DNA from: an uncultured Bacillota bacterium
Lineage (GTDB): Bacteria > Bacillota_I > Bacilli_A > RFN20 > CAG-288
Direction: 5' to 3'
Assembly (NCBI GenBank): GCA_949299015.1
Contig: CASFYT010000017.1
Coordinates: forward strand, 436-64,435
Length of the DNA: 64,000 nt
Shown: positions 45,116 to 57,143 of the stretch, piece by piece
How the letters are laid out: each line of letters opens with the position of its first letter
How positions within the stretch are numbered: position 1 is the stretch's first letter
The notes under the pieces: generated by a model
What the model was told of the DNA's origin: nothing
Database searches by the model: none
What the model saw: only the letters and a program-made list of their open reading frames with translations
Translations under genes and position numbers: made by a program

Positions 45116-47716
45116 ATGCGCTACATGACATCGGACGAGATTCGCGACACCTGGCTCCGCTTCTTCCAGGAGCACGGCCACTACGTCGAGCCTTCCGCCT
45201 CCCTCATCCCCCAGAACGACCCCACCCTGCTCTGGATCAACGCGGGCGTCGCCGCGCTCAAGAAGTATTTCGACGGGACCCTGACCCCCAAGCACCGGCG
45301 CATCACCAACGCCCAGAAGTGCATCCGCACCAACGACATCGAGAACGTGGGTCACACGGCGCGCCACCACACCTTCTTCGAGATGATGGGAAACTTCTCC
45401 ATCGGAGACTATTTCCGGCATGAGGTGATTCCCTGGGCCTTCGAGCTTTTGACCTCGGAGAAGTACTTCGGACTTCCCAAGGAGCGGCTCTACGTCACCT
45501 ACTATCCCGACGACCGGGACACCTTCGACTGCTGGGTCAAGGCGGGACTTGACGAAGACCATTTGATTCCCTGCCGAAACAACTTCTGGGAGATCGGCGA
45601 AGGTCCCTGCGGCCCCGACACGGAGATCAACTTCGACCGCGGGGAGAAGTACGATCCCGAGGGATTGGGCCTGCGCCTGCTTCAGGACGACCTGGACAAC
45701 GACCGCTACATCGAGCTGTGGAACATCGTCTTCTCCCAGTTCAACGCCCTCCCCGGCGTGGACCGGAAGGACTACAAGCCCCTGCCTCAGAAGAACATCG
45801 ATACCGGCGCCGGCCTCGAGCGCTTCGCCTGCATCCTGCAGGGGGCGGAGACCAACTTCGAGACCGACCTCTTCCTTCCCTACATCCAGGCCCTCGAGAA
45901 GGAGGCCAAGGTCCCCTATTCCGAGAACCGGCTTGCCTATCGCGTCATCGCCGACCACATCCGTTCGATCACCTTCGCCCTGGCCGACGGCGCCATCTTC
46001 TCCAACGACGGACGGGGCTACGTCCTCAAGAGGCTGCTCCGTCGCGCCTCGCGCTATGCCCAGAAGATCGGCCTGGAGACGGGGGCCCTCTCGCGCCTTG
46101 TCCCCCTGGTCGATCGCAACATGTCCCACTTCTATCCCTACCTGAAGGACCATGAGGAGAAGAGCGCGAAGATGATCGAGAGCGAGGAGAGGAAGTTCTC
46201 CTCGACCCTCCGCAACGGGGAGAAGATCCTCGGCGAGATGCTTCAGAAGGACGAGGCGGTCCTTTCGGCCGAGGACTGCTTCAAGCTCATGGATACCTAC
46301 GGCTTCCCCTTCGAGCTGACCAAGGAAATCGCCTCGGACAACGGCAGGGCGGTCGACGAAAAGGGCTACCTCGCCCTCCTGGAGAAGTCCAAGGAGCTGG
46401 CACGCACGAGCCGCGGGGCGAGGGAATCCTTCGGACTGCAGAGCAAGGACCTGCTCGCCTTCCGCCAGGAAAGCGAGTTCACCTACGAGGAGGAGGACCT
46501 CGAATCCGACGTCCTCGCCCTCTTCCAGGAGGGGAACCGGGTCGAGAGCCTCGACGACGAGGGAGACGTCGTCCTCCGTCGGACGAACTTCTATGCCGAG
46601 AGCGGCGGACAGGTCTCCGACCGGGGCCGTCTCCTGGGCAAGGACTTCGAGGCCGAGGTCCTCTCGGTCGGAAAGTGCCCCAACGGGGCGAACCTGCTCC
46701 ACGTCAAGGTCCTCTACGGAGCGCTCCGGCCCGGCGACGTCCTCCTCGAGAAGGTCGACTGGGAACGCCGGCACCGCATCGCCCGCAACCATTCCGCGAC
46801 GCACCTCCTCCAGAAGGCCCTCCAGGACATCGTCAGTCCGGACATCCACCAGGAAGGCGCCTACTACGACGACGAGCAGCTGCGCTTCGACTTCGCCTAT
46901 GAGAAGAAGGTCGATTCCGATCTCCTCGACCAGGTCGAAAGGCGCGTCAACGAGGAGATCTTCCAGGGCCGGAAGGTCCGCACGGAAGTCCTCGACAAGG
47001 AGGAGGCCCTTCGGCGCAACGCGATGCACCTCTTCAACGAGAAGTACGGGGACAAGGTCCGCGTCGTCTCGATGGGCGATTCGGTGGAGTTCTGCGGCGG
47101 GACGCACGTCGGCTCGACGTCGGAGATCGGCCTCTTCGTCATCGTGAGCGAGTCCGCCGTCGCCTCGGGAATCCGTCGCATCACGGCCTATACGGGACTC
47201 AAGGCCTACGACGACCTCAAGGACAAGGAAAGGCAGCTCTGGGACCTCTCCGCCCTGCTGCGCCTCACGTCCATCAAGGGCCTGCGGAGCAAGCTCGAGG
47301 ACCTGCTGTCCGACGACGAGGAGAAGAAGAAGGTGATCCTCTCGCTTCGCGAGAAGATCGCCGACGGAAAGCTGGACGAGCTCCGGAAGAAGATCCAGCC
47401 CTATGCGGGACACGAGATCCTCGTCGAGAGGACGAAGGGGCTCACCCACGAGCAGCTCGACTCGCTGGCGCACAAGCTGATCGACCAGCATCCGGGCCTC
47501 GCCCTCTTCCTGGCCAACGAGAGCCTCTCGGGCCGCGTCGACCTGGTCGCCGGCCGCGGCAGGTCCCTCTCCCTGAAGGCGGGCCTCCTCATGAGGGAGA
47601 TCAGCCGCCTGGTCGGCGGTTCGGGCGGTGGCCGGGACGACGTCGCCTTCGGCGGAAGCAAGGGCGAGGTCGACCTTTCCCTGGTCCTCAGGCGCCTCCA
47701 GGAATTCCTTTCGTGA
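45116..47716 (+). CDS. alaS: Alanine--tRNA ligase
   Basis: NAGV, RHHTFFEMMGN, GPCGP, IDTGAGLER, NHSATH, EFCGGTH, GIRRI, GGGR; RBS GAGGAG. Confidence 0.97.
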   Translation: MRYMTSDEIRDTWLRFFQEHGHYVEPSASLIPQNDPTLLWINAGVAALKKYFDGTLTPKHRRITNAQKCIRTNDIENVGHTARHHTFFEMMGNFSIGDYFRHEVIPWAFELLTSEKYFGLPKERLYVTYYPDDRDTFDCWVKAGLDEDHLIPCRNNFWEIGEGPCGPDTEINFDRGEKYDPEGLGLRLLQDDLDNDRYIELWNIVFSQFNALPGVDRKDYKPLPQKNIDTGAGLERFACILQGAETNFETDLFLPYIQALEKEAKVPYSENRLAYRVIADHIRSITFALADGAIFSNDGRGYVLKRLLRRASRYAQKIGLETGALSRLVPLVDRNMSHFYPYLKDHEEKSAKMIESEERKFSSTLRNGEKILGEMLQKDEAVLSAEDCFKLMDTYGFPFELTKEIASDNGRAVDEKGYLALLEKSKELARTSRGARESFGLQSKDLLAFRQESEFTYEEEDLESDVLALFQEGNRVESLDDEGDVVLRRTNFYAESGGQVSDRGRLLGKDFEAEVLSVGKCPNGANLLHVKVLYGALRPGDVLLEKVDWERRHRIARNHSATHLLQKALQDIVSPDIHQEGAYYDDEQLRFDFAYEKKVDSDLLDQVERRVNEEIFQGRKVRTEVLDKEEALRRNAMHLFNEKYGDKVRVVSMGDSVEFCGGTHVGSTSEIGLFVIVSESAVASGIRRITAYTGLKAYDDLKDKERQLWDLSALLRLTSIKGLRSKLEDLLSDDEEKKKVILSLREKIADGKLDELRKKIQPYAGHEILVERTKGLTHEQLDSLAHKLIDQHPGLALFLANESLSGRVDLVAGRGRSLSLKAGLLMREISRLVGGSGGGRDDVAFGGSKGEVDLSLVLRRLQEFLS

Positions 47717-48144
47717 TCAAGAACATCCTGGCCCTCGACCTCGGCCGCGGCAGCCTCGGCGTGGCGATCTCGCGCAGCGGCTTCCTGGTGACGCCGCTGG
47801 AGAACATCCGCTTCCCCATGGGGGACTATCCGCGGGCGATCGAGCTCCTGAGGCAGGTCGTCCGGAACGAGCGCGTCGAGTCGATCGTCATTGGCTATCC
47901 CTCCTACCCCTCGGGCGACCCCTGCCCGATGAGCCGCGTGGTCGACGCCTTCCTTCCTCTCCTCTCCCAGGCCTTCCCCGGCGTCGCGATCGCCAAGCAG
48001 GACGAGCGCTACTCGACCCTGGAAGCTTCCGCGGAGATGACCGCCCTGGGACAGAGCAGCCGGCGTCAGCGCCAGTCGATCGACAGCAAGGCCGCGTGCG
48101 TGATCCTGGAGCGATACCTTCGTCACCTCCATCAGATCGACTAG
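47713..48144 (+). CDS. ruvX: YqgF/RuvX RNase H-like nuclease
   Basis: LALDLG...GVAIS, IVIGYP, QDERYST, IDSKAACVILERYL; usual position after alaS. Confidence 0.92.
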   Translation: MIKNILALDLGRGSLGVAISRSGFLVTPLENIRFPMGDYPRAIELLRQVVRNERVESIVIGYPSYPSGDPCPMSRVVDAFLPLLSQAFPGVAIAKQDERYSTLEASAEMTALGQSSRRQRQSIDSKAACVILERYLRHLHQID

Positions 48145-48163
48145 GCCTTCGATTCCATTCCAT

Positions 48164-48189
48164 GGCACCGCCTCGGCGGTGCCTTTTTT
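48164..48189 (+). terminator. Intrinsic terminator of alaS-ruvX
   Basis: GGCACCGCC-TC-GGCGGTGCC-TTTTTT. Confidence 0.85.
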
Positions 48190-48217
48190 GTCGCCTCCGG
48201 TTCCTTTCGCACCACGG

Positions 48218-48241
48218 AAAAAGCCGCCGGAGGGCGGCTTT
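48218..48241 (-). terminator. Intrinsic terminator of the ABC exporter pair
   Basis: AAAAAGCCGCC-GGAG-GGCGGCTTT on the plus strand. Confidence 0.75.
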
Positions 48242-48265
48242 GGAAGAACTTCGGCGATTGAGGGG

Positions 48266-50013
<1,748 letters not shown>

Positions 50014-50017
<4 letters not shown>

Positions 50018-51846
50018 TCCAGGGCCTCCTTCTGCATCTGGGACTCATAGGTCTCGCGATAGACCTCCGACGTCCGGAGGAGCGAGGCGTGATCGCCCAT
50101 CGCCAGGACCTTTCCTCCCTCGAGGACCAGGATCAGGTCGCAGTCCTTGATCGTGGAGACGCGCTGGGAGATGAAGACCTTCGTCGCTCCCGGAAGGAAG
50201 TCCCTGAGGTTGTCGCGGACTCTCTTGTCGGTCAGCAGGTCGAGGGCCGAGGTCGAGTCGTCCAGGATGAGGACCTCGGGGCGACGTAGGAAGGTCCTCG
50301 CCATCGCCAGCCTCTGCCTTTGGCCGCCGGAGAAGTTCTTTCCTCCTTCCTCGACTTCATGGTCGAGACGGTCGGGATAGCTTTCGACAAAATCGCGGGC
50401 GCAGCTGACGGAGAGGCAGCGAAGGATCTCCTCGTCGGTGACGTCTTCCTTCGCCATCTGCATGTTGGAACGGATCGTTCCCTTGAAAAGAATGGATTTT
50501 TGCGGAACAAAGGCTATCTCCCTTCGCAAAGCCTTCAGGGAATAGTCCCGAAGGTCGACGCCCTTGTAGAGGATCGTTCCCTCAGTGGGATCGAGGAGGC
50601 GCTCGAGAAGACGGATCAGGGTCGTCTTTCCCGAACCGGTTCCGCCGATGATGCCGAGGCTCTCCCCCTTTCGAAGGGTGAAGGAGACGTCCTGAAGCGC
50701 CTTGTTTCCTCCTTCTTCATAGGCGAAGGAGACGTCCGAGAGGGCGAAGAGGTCCTGATTCTCGCCGATGGAACGGACGAGCCCCTTCGGAGAATCGGCG
50801 ATCGCGGGGGAAAGGGCGAGCAGGCTGTTGCACCTCTTCCACGAGACGATGGTCTTGGTGAAGATCGTGACCAGGTTCGTCAGGAGAATCAGGGTCTGGA
50901 AGATCTGGCTCAGGTAGCTGACAAGGGTCAGGATCGTCGACGGGAGGACCTTCTGCCCCATCATCTCGACGCCGCTTGCCATGTCGAAGCTTCCCAGGAA
51001 GACGACCAAGATCGTCGCCAGGGAGACGATGGCGAAGGTGAGCGGGTTGATGAGGGCGTTGATCCGGCTGACGCGGATGCTCTCGTCCTGATAGGTCGAG
51101 GTTCGCGCGGCAAATTTCTTTCTCTCCTCTTCCATCGTGGAAAAGGCGCGGATGACGCGGGCGCCCTCGAGGCTGTCGGATGTCGCCACGGAGAGCTGGT
51201 CGAGACGGCCCTGGATGACGAGGTATTGCCTCGAGGCCCGGCGCATGACCAGGAAGACGATCAGCAGGATGACCGGGATGATGGCCAGGAAGACGAGGCC
51301 GATCGGCCAGTTGAGGACCAGGGAGAGGACCAGGCTTCCCAGGATGATGAAGGGGGCGCGGACGCCGAGGCGGATGAAGAAGAGAACCCCCTGCTGGACC
51401 TGGAAGGAATCCGAGTTGAGGACGGTCATCAGCTTTCCCTCTCCGAAGCCTTCCCTCTCCTTCTTCCCGAGGGAGAGGATCTTGCGGTAGAGTCGGTCGC
51501 GAAGGTCCGTTCCCGTCCGCGTGGCGGAGAGGGCGGCGATGTACTGGCAGACCATGGTCGTCGCGAGGCCGACGATGCCCATCAGCAGGATCAGCGTCCC
51601 GCCGATCAGGGCGTAGTTGAGGGGATCGTTTCCTTCGACCCAGGTTCCGAAGAGGCGGAGGAAGTCCCCGAAGGCATGCGAGACTGTGTCCACGGACGAG
51701 GGATCGCTGGAGAAGGATAGGTCGAGGACGGCCTTCATGACCAGCGGAATCAGGAGGTCGAAGACGGCTTCGATCATCTTGAAGGCGGGCCCGACGAGGA
51801 AGGTCCATCCGTTCTTCTTGACGACGGAAAAAACTGTTTCTTTCAT
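50014..51846 (-). CDS. Heterodimeric ABC exporter subunit (TMD+NBD, degenerate site)
   Basis: Start MKETVF at 51846; GGTGSGKTT, FSGGQRQR, ILDDSTS and ISQR (degenerate as in TM287/288-type pairs). Confidence 0.92.
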
Positions 51847-51887
51847 AGCGAAAACATTATAACGATGTCCGGGAGGATTTCCTACAC

Positions 51888-51916
51888 TTGACAAACCCTG
51901 TATCTATAAATATAAT
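51888..51916 (+). promoter_or_regulatory. Consensus sigmaA promoter of the rimP-nusA-infB operon
   Basis: TTGACA-17 nt-TATAAT. Confidence 0.9.
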
Positions 51917-51967
51917 TCAAATTGTCTCGGGGAGACTTGAGACGCCTTCTTAATCGTGAAATGGTTG

Positions 51968-51997
51968 AGAGTGGGCTTCGGCTCACTCTTTCTTTTT
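51968..51997 (+). promoter_or_regulatory. rimP leader attenuator hairpin
   Basis: AGAGTGGGC-TTCG-GCTCACTCT-TTCTTTTT just before the RBS; GAGTGGG..CACTC leaders are known upstream of Firmicute rimP. Confidence 0.75.
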
Positions 51998-52010
51998 ACG
52001 GAGGTGAGCC

Positions 52011-52469
52011 ATGGATCAAAAGACGATCGACGAAGTCCGGGGGAGAGCCCAGGAGGAATGCGAAAGGGAAGGGCTGGAGCTGGTCTCCGTCCGCTATTTC
52101 GTCGATTCCCTCAACGGGCCGACGCTGGAGGTCCTCGTCGACCACGACTACCAGATTTCGATGGAGGAAATCTCCCGCTTTACCGCCGCCTTCTCGCCGC
52201 AGCTGGACGACATCGAGGGGCTCTCGGAGAGCTATATCCTCGACATCTCCTCGGGCGGCGGCGAAAAGGACATTCCCTTCCGGGATCTCCCCAAGCTGAC
52301 GGGGAGGTATCTGGACGTGACGGAAAGAGGCAAGGAGAAGGTCACGATGCGCCTGGAGAAGGTGGAGGAGGGAAAGGCCTCCTTCGTTTATTTCATCAAG
52401 GGGCGGCCGAAGAAGGTCGTCTTCGAAGAGTCGCAAGTCGAGAAGATCAAGATGGGGTACAAGGCCTAG
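52011..52469 (+). CDS. rimP: Ribosome maturation factor RimP
   Basis: LELVSV..LEVLVD..ISMEE..SPQLD..YILDISSGG; first gene of the nusA operon. Confidence 0.88.
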   Translation: MDQKTIDEVRGRAQEECEREGLELVSVRYFVDSLNGPTLEVLVDHDYQISMEEISRFTAAFSPQLDDIEGLSESYILDISSGGGEKDIPFRDLPKLTGRYLDVTERGKEKVTMRLEKVEEGKASFVYFIKGRPKKVVFEESQVEKIKMGYKA

Positions 52470-52490
52470 GCCGAGTGGAGGAAAGAAAGA

Positions 52491-54356
52491 ATGCCCGAAG
52501 AAGTCAAGGAAATGGAAGAGAAGAAAGTCGTTCGTCGCCGCGGGAGGAAGCCCAAGTACATGGAGGAGCCCAAGAAGCTCACCGGCATCATCGACGGCAA
52601 CGCCTTCCTGAAGGCGACGGTGGACATCGAGAAGGAGAGCCTCGTCCGCACGGACATGGTCCAGGACATCCTGATCAAGAGCATGGAACAGGCCTATCTC
52701 GAATGGTCCTATCCCGGCCTCTACCGCGACCGCGACAATCCCGATCCGGCGAAGTCCCTGATCCAGTGCCGCGTGGACTTCGTCCAGGACGAAGGCGATT
52801 CGTCCCGCTCATCCTTCAAGATCTATGACATCAAGACGGTGACGGAGGAGGACGACATCATCGACGACTCCTACCAGATTTCGCCCGAAGACGCCAGCGC
52901 CTACAAGGAAAACCCGCAGGTCGGCGAGCAGATCGAGATTCCCTTCGACGTCACGACGCTCGACAAGTCCTACGTCCGCCGCGTCAAGCAGCTCTTCCAG
53001 TCGCACCTGAAGGATGCCTCGCGCTCCGCGATCCTTTCGGTCTACTCCGACCGCATCGGACAGCTGATCGAGGGAACGGTCGTCCGCTTCGACGCCATCG
53101 GAAATTCCTATGAAATCAACTTCGGAAAGGCCGAAGGATTCCTTCGCCGGAACGGCACCCTTCCCCAGGATCGCTTCGTGACCGGAGACCGCGTCCTCGT
53201 CTATCTCAGCGACGTCTCGGAGAAGAGCAATCCGCCCAGCCTCGTCATCTCCCGGACCGACGAACGCTTCGTCCGTCGGCTGATGGAACGCGCGATTCCG
53301 GAACTCACGACGGGCGAGGTCGTCCTCTGCTCCATCGCCCGCGAAGCGGGAAGGAGGACCAAGGTCTTCGTCGAGAGCACGAATCCCAACGTGGATCCGA
53401 TCGGAACGTGCCTTGGCATCGAATCCAATCGTATCCGCAGCGTCATCAACGAGGTCCGAGGAGAGAAGATCGACGTCCTCCAGTATCATCGCAACAAGGC
53501 GCAGCAGATCGTCGAGGCGATGAAGCCGGCACAGGTCATCGGCCTCTCCTGCCCGGAGAACTTCTTCGATCCGAGCGTCGACATCGCCGCCCTCGAGAAG
53601 GATCCGAGCTACGAGTTCCCACACATCGTCGCGGTCGTCCAGAACGGCAATCAGGGCGTGGCCATCGGCACGGCGGGCGTCAACGTCCGTCTGGCCAGCC
53701 AGATCACCCAGTGCACGATCTCGGTCTATCAGGCCGACCAGGCCATCACGGAGGGGCTGAAGTACTACAGCCTTGCCGACATCGAACAGATGGCTGCGGC
53801 CTGGGAGCAGAAGCAGCATCCGTCCGCCGAGGCTCCCGTCGTCGAAGAAAAGGTTGAAGAGGTGGAAGCGACTCCGGTCATCGATGAGGCTCCGGAAGAA
53901 GCGAAGGCGGAAGAAGCGATTCCTGTCGTCGAAGAGAAGACCGAAGTCGTCGAAACTCCGGCGGTTCCTTCCGAGCCGGAAGCTTCGGAAGTCCCGCAGA
54001 CCCCTTCCACGACTTCGGAGATCAAGGAACAGCCCATCGAGCACGTCGAGATCCGCAACAAGCCGCGCATTTCGCTGGAAGAGCTCGAGGAGGCGCTGAC
54101 GCAGAAGAAGGGACCCAGCGAGACGCGCTCCTACCGCAAGCGTTTCGATCGCGGCAAGTTCGAGAAGGAGAACAAGACGGAAGAGCCCAGCAAGGCATCG
54201 ACCGCCACGGCCATGCCGATCTATACCGAAGAAGAGCTCCGTGCCCTGGAAGAGCAGGAGATCGACGGCGGCCAGTCGGACTACGACAACTACGACGAGG
54301 AGCTCGACGAGCAGTACGACTACTATGACGACGACGAGGGAATGAAGAGGAACTGA
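52491..54356 (+). CDS. nusA: Transcription termination factor NusA with long acidic C-terminal tail
   Basis: S1 domain, VISRT, IAREAGRRTKV, DPIGTCLG, GEKIDV, AIGTAGVNVRLASQIT. Confidence 0.95.
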   Translation: MPEEVKEMEEKKVVRRRGRKPKYMEEPKKLTGIIDGNAFLKATVDIEKESLVRTDMVQDILIKSMEQAYLEWSYPGLYRDRDNPDPAKSLIQCRVDFVQDEGDSSRSSFKIYDIKTVTEEDDIIDDSYQISPEDASAYKENPQVGEQIEIPFDVTTLDKSYVRRVKQLFQSHLKDASRSAILSVYSDRIGQLIEGTVVRFDAIGNSYEINFGKAEGFLRRNGTLPQDRFVTGDRVLVYLSDVSEKSNPPSLVISRTDERFVRRLMERAIPELTTGEVVLCSIAREAGRRTKVFVESTNPNVDPIGTCLGIESNRIRSVINEVRGEKIDVLQYHRNKAQQIVEAMKPAQVIGLSCPENFFDPSVDIAALEKDPSYEFPHIVAVVQNGNQGVAIGTAGVNVRLASQITQCTISVYQADQAITEGLKYYSLADIEQMAAAWEQKQHPSAEAPVVEEKVEEVEATPVIDEAPEEAKAEEAIPVVEEKTEVVETPAVPSEPEASEVPQTPSTTSEIKEQPIEHVEIRNKPRISLEELEEALTQKKGPSETRSYRKRFDRGKFEKENKTEEPSKASTATAMPIYTEEELRALEEQEIDGGQSDYDNYDEELDEQYDYYDDDEGMKRN

Positions 54357-54604
54357 TGGCGAACGTTCCGATCCGAATGGACCTTCTGACGAGAAAGAGG
54401 GGCCCGAAGGCGGATTTCTTCCGCCTTTGCCTTGTCGACGGCATCTTCCGCCTGGACGAATCGGGAACGATGCCGGGAAGAGGCTATTACGTCCTCCGGG
54501 ACCGCGACGTCCTGCTGCGGATGCGGAAGAAGAATCCTCTTCTTCGTTTCTCGAAGTCGACGGACTACGAAAGTCTCTTCCGGCAGATGGAGGATCGACT
54601 ATGA
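54356..54604 (+). CDS. ylxR: YlxR/RnpM family RNA-binding protein
   Basis: VPIRM..TRK..PK..FFRL..D..G.MPGRGYY; operon position. Confidence 0.88.
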   Translation: MANVPIRMDLLTRKRGPKADFFRLCLVDGIFRLDESGTMPGRGYYVLRDRDVLLRMRKKNPLLRFSKSTDYESLFRQMEDRL

Positions 54605-54909
54605 GCGAGAATGAAAAGAAGCTTCTCGGGTATCTCGGCCTCTGCCGCCGGATGAAGGCCCTGAAGACGGGCGAGAGCCTCCAGGAAGCGTTGGCGAGGA
54701 AGGCCGTCTTCCTCCTGATTCTCTTCCCCGAGCTGAGTTCCCGGCATCGCGAGAGGATCCTTCGCCAGGGGGCGGACGTCGAGACGTTGGAGCTGGAGTC
54801 CCTGGACTTCGGCGCGCTGAAGATGAAGAAGGCTCATGCCCTGGGCATCTGCAATCCAGGCCTTGCCCAGGCCATCGTGGCCCTGTATCGAAAGGAGGAA
54901 GAACGATGA
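54601..54909 (+). CDS. ylxQ: L7Ae-family protein YlxQ
   Basis: LLGYLGLCRR..LKTGE...LGICNPGLAQAI; between ylxR and infB. Confidence 0.82.
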   Translation: MSENEKKLLGYLGLCRRMKALKTGESLQEALARKAVFLLILFPELSSRHRERILRQGADVETLELESLDFGALKMKKAHALGICNPGLAQAIVALYRKEEER

Positions 54910-56729
54910 GCGACAAGAGACATCGAAGAGACATGCGAGGCGGAAAGGCGGGCTTTGCCAAGAAGAACCGTTCCGAAGTCGAGAACGGGGTCTTCGTCTA
55001 CTCGGGGCCGATCACCCTCGACCAGCTCTGCAAGCGAATCGGCATTCCTGCCGTCGACGTCATCAAGGGCTTCCTGATGCAGGGGAAGATGATTTCCCTC
55101 AACACCGTCCTGTCCGACGAGCTGATCGCCGAGGTCTGCCTCGAGCACGACCTGGACTTCCGCAAGGAAGAGGCGGGGCTTCCCGACGACTTCACCAAGG
55201 CGAAGATCTTCGACAAGGAGAGGGACCACGACGAGAGGCCGCCGGTCGTCACCATCATGGGACACGTCGACCACGGAAAGACGACCTTGATCGACACGAT
55301 CCGTCACTCCACGATCGCGGCGGGTGAGCATGGTGGCATCACCCAGGAAATCGGCGCCTACCAGAAGGCCATCAACGGCAGGAAGATCACCTTCATCGAC
55401 ACTCCGGGGCACGAGGCCTTTACGGCCATGCGTGCCCGCGGCGCCTCCGTGACGGACATCGTCGTCCTCGTGGTCGCCGCCGACGACGGCGTCAAGCCGC
55501 AGACGGTCGAGGCCATCGACCATGCCCGGGCCGCGAAGGTTCCGATCATCGTCGCCATCAACAAGATCGACAAGCCCGGGGTCAACGTCGAGAAGGTCAA
55601 GAGCGAGCTCTCCAGCCATGGCCTGCTCTGCGAGGAATGGGGCGGCGATACCTTGATGTACGAGATCTCCGCCAAGAAGAACCAGGGGGTCGACAAGCTT
55701 CTGGAAGGCATCCTGGAGCTGGCGGAGCTGCTGGAGCTTCGCGCCAACGCCGAGGGACCGGCGGTCGGTTCGGTCATCGAGGCTCGCCTCGACAAGAAGG
55801 AAGGAAGCAAGGCCACGCTCCTGGTCCAGAACGGAACCCTCCACGTCGGCGACTACCTCGCCGTCGGCGAATACTATTGCAAGGTCCGCAAGATGGTCAA
55901 CGAATACGACAACGTCCTTAAGGACGCCCTCCCTTCGACGCCGGTGGCGGTCACGGGCCTCTCCGGCGTCCCGGTTGCCGGAGACCGCTTCATGGCCTTC
56001 AAGACGGAGAAGGAGGCTCGTGAGGCGGCGGCACGAAAGGCCCACGCTTCGATCGGAAGCAACGAACGCGGCGCGAGCCTTGCCGACATCGCCTCCGATG
56101 TCGCCAGCGGCGAGACGCCGCTCATCAATCTCATCGTCAAGGCCGACACGCAGGGATCCTGCGAGGCGATCAAGTCCTCGCTGGAGAAGATCGAGGTCCC
56201 CGGAACCAAGCTCCAGATCATCCATTGCGCCTCGGGGGACGTCAACCAAGGCGACATCGTCCTCGCCCACGCCTCCCACGCCGTCGTCATCGCCTTCTCC
56301 GTCAAGGTCTCTTCCTCGGTCAAGGACGATGCCAAGCAGAAGAAGGTCGAGATCCGCGACTACAACATCATCTACCATCTGACCGAGGACATCGAGGCTG
56401 CGCTCCGCGGCAAGCTGGGGCCGGTCTACGAGGAGGTCGTCTACGGGCATGCGGAGGTCCGCAGCCTCTTCAAGGCAAGTCACGTCGGTCAGATCCTGGG
56501 CCTCTACGTCACGGAAGGAAAGCTCAAGAGCAACTGCTCGATCCGCCTGAGCCGCGGAAAGGAGATGATCCTCGACACCAAGCTGACCAGCCTCAAGCGC
56601 TTCAAGGACGATGCCAAGGAGGTCGTCCAGGGCTTCGAATGCGGTGCGACCATCGCCGACAAGTTCAACTGTGAGATCGGAGATGTCCTTGAGGCCTATG
56701 GACAGGAGGAGGTCAAGACGAATGGCTGA
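54906..56729 (+). CDS. infB: Translation initiation factor IF-2
   Basis: RPPVVTIMGHVDHGKTT, DTPGHEAF, NKID, SLKRFKDD...GFECG. Confidence 0.98.
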   Translation: MSDKRHRRDMRGGKAGFAKKNRSEVENGVFVYSGPITLDQLCKRIGIPAVDVIKGFLMQGKMISLNTVLSDELIAEVCLEHDLDFRKEEAGLPDDFTKAKIFDKERDHDERPPVVTIMGHVDHGKTTLIDTIRHSTIAAGEHGGITQEIGAYQKAINGRKITFIDTPGHEAFTAMRARGASVTDIVVLVVAADDGVKPQTVEAIDHARAAKVPIIVAINKIDKPGVNVEKVKSELSSHGLLCEEWGGDTLMYEISAKKNQGVDKLLEGILELAELLELRANAEGPAVGSVIEARLDKKEGSKATLLVQNGTLHVGDYLAVGEYYCKVRKMVNEYDNVLKDALPSTPVAVTGLSGVPVAGDRFMAFKTEKEAREAAARKAHASIGSNERGASLADIASDVASGETPLINLIVKADTQGSCEAIKSSLEKIEVPGTKLQIIHCASGDVNQGDIVLAHASHAVVIAFSVKVSSSVKDDAKQKKVEIRDYNIIYHLTEDIEAALRGKLGPVYEEVVYGHAEVRSLFKASHVGQILGLYVTEGKLKSNCSIRLSRGKEMILDTKLTSLKRFKDDAKEVVQGFECGATIADKFNCEIGDVLEAYGQEEVKTNG

Positions 56730-57117
56730 CAAGAAGGGACGCATCCAGGAACTCATCCAGAGGAACGTCTCCGAGATCATCCTCTTTGAGCTCAAGAGTC
56801 CGCTCTGTCAGTACGCCTCGGTGAACGAGGTCCGGATGTCGAAGGACTATTCCTACTGCAAGATCTACGTCTCGCACCTCCGCCCGGAAGCGGGCGATGC
56901 CTTGGTCAGCTTCCTCAACACCAACGCCAAGAAGATCCGCTCCCTGCTCGCCCAGAAGCTTTCCATCTACAAGACGCCGGAGCTCGCCTTCTACAAGGAC
57001 GAAGTCTACGAAAAGGCCCGCCACATCGACCAGGTCATCGAAAAGGCCTTGGCCAGCAAGCCCAAGACCCTGAAGGATCTCGAGGAAGAGAAGTCCTCGG
57101 GCACGAAGAAGAAATGA
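56722..57117 (+). CDS. rbfA: 30S ribosome-binding factor RbfA
   Basis: Start MADKK after GGAGG; SVNEVRMSKDYSYCKIYVS, IRSLLAQKL..YKTPELAFYKD. Confidence 0.92.
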   Translation: MADKKGRIQELIQRNVSEIILFELKSPLCQYASVNEVRMSKDYSYCKIYVSHLRPEAGDALVSFLNTNAKKIRSLLAQKLSIYKTPELAFYKDEVYEKARHIDQVIEKALASKPKTLKDLEEEKSSGTKKK

Positions 57118-57143
57118 AAAGGGCGCCTACCGGCGCCTTTTTT
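57117..57143. terminator. Bidirectional terminator between rbfA and ribF
   Basis: AAAAGGGCGCC-TACC-GGCGCCTTTTTT. Confidence 0.75.
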
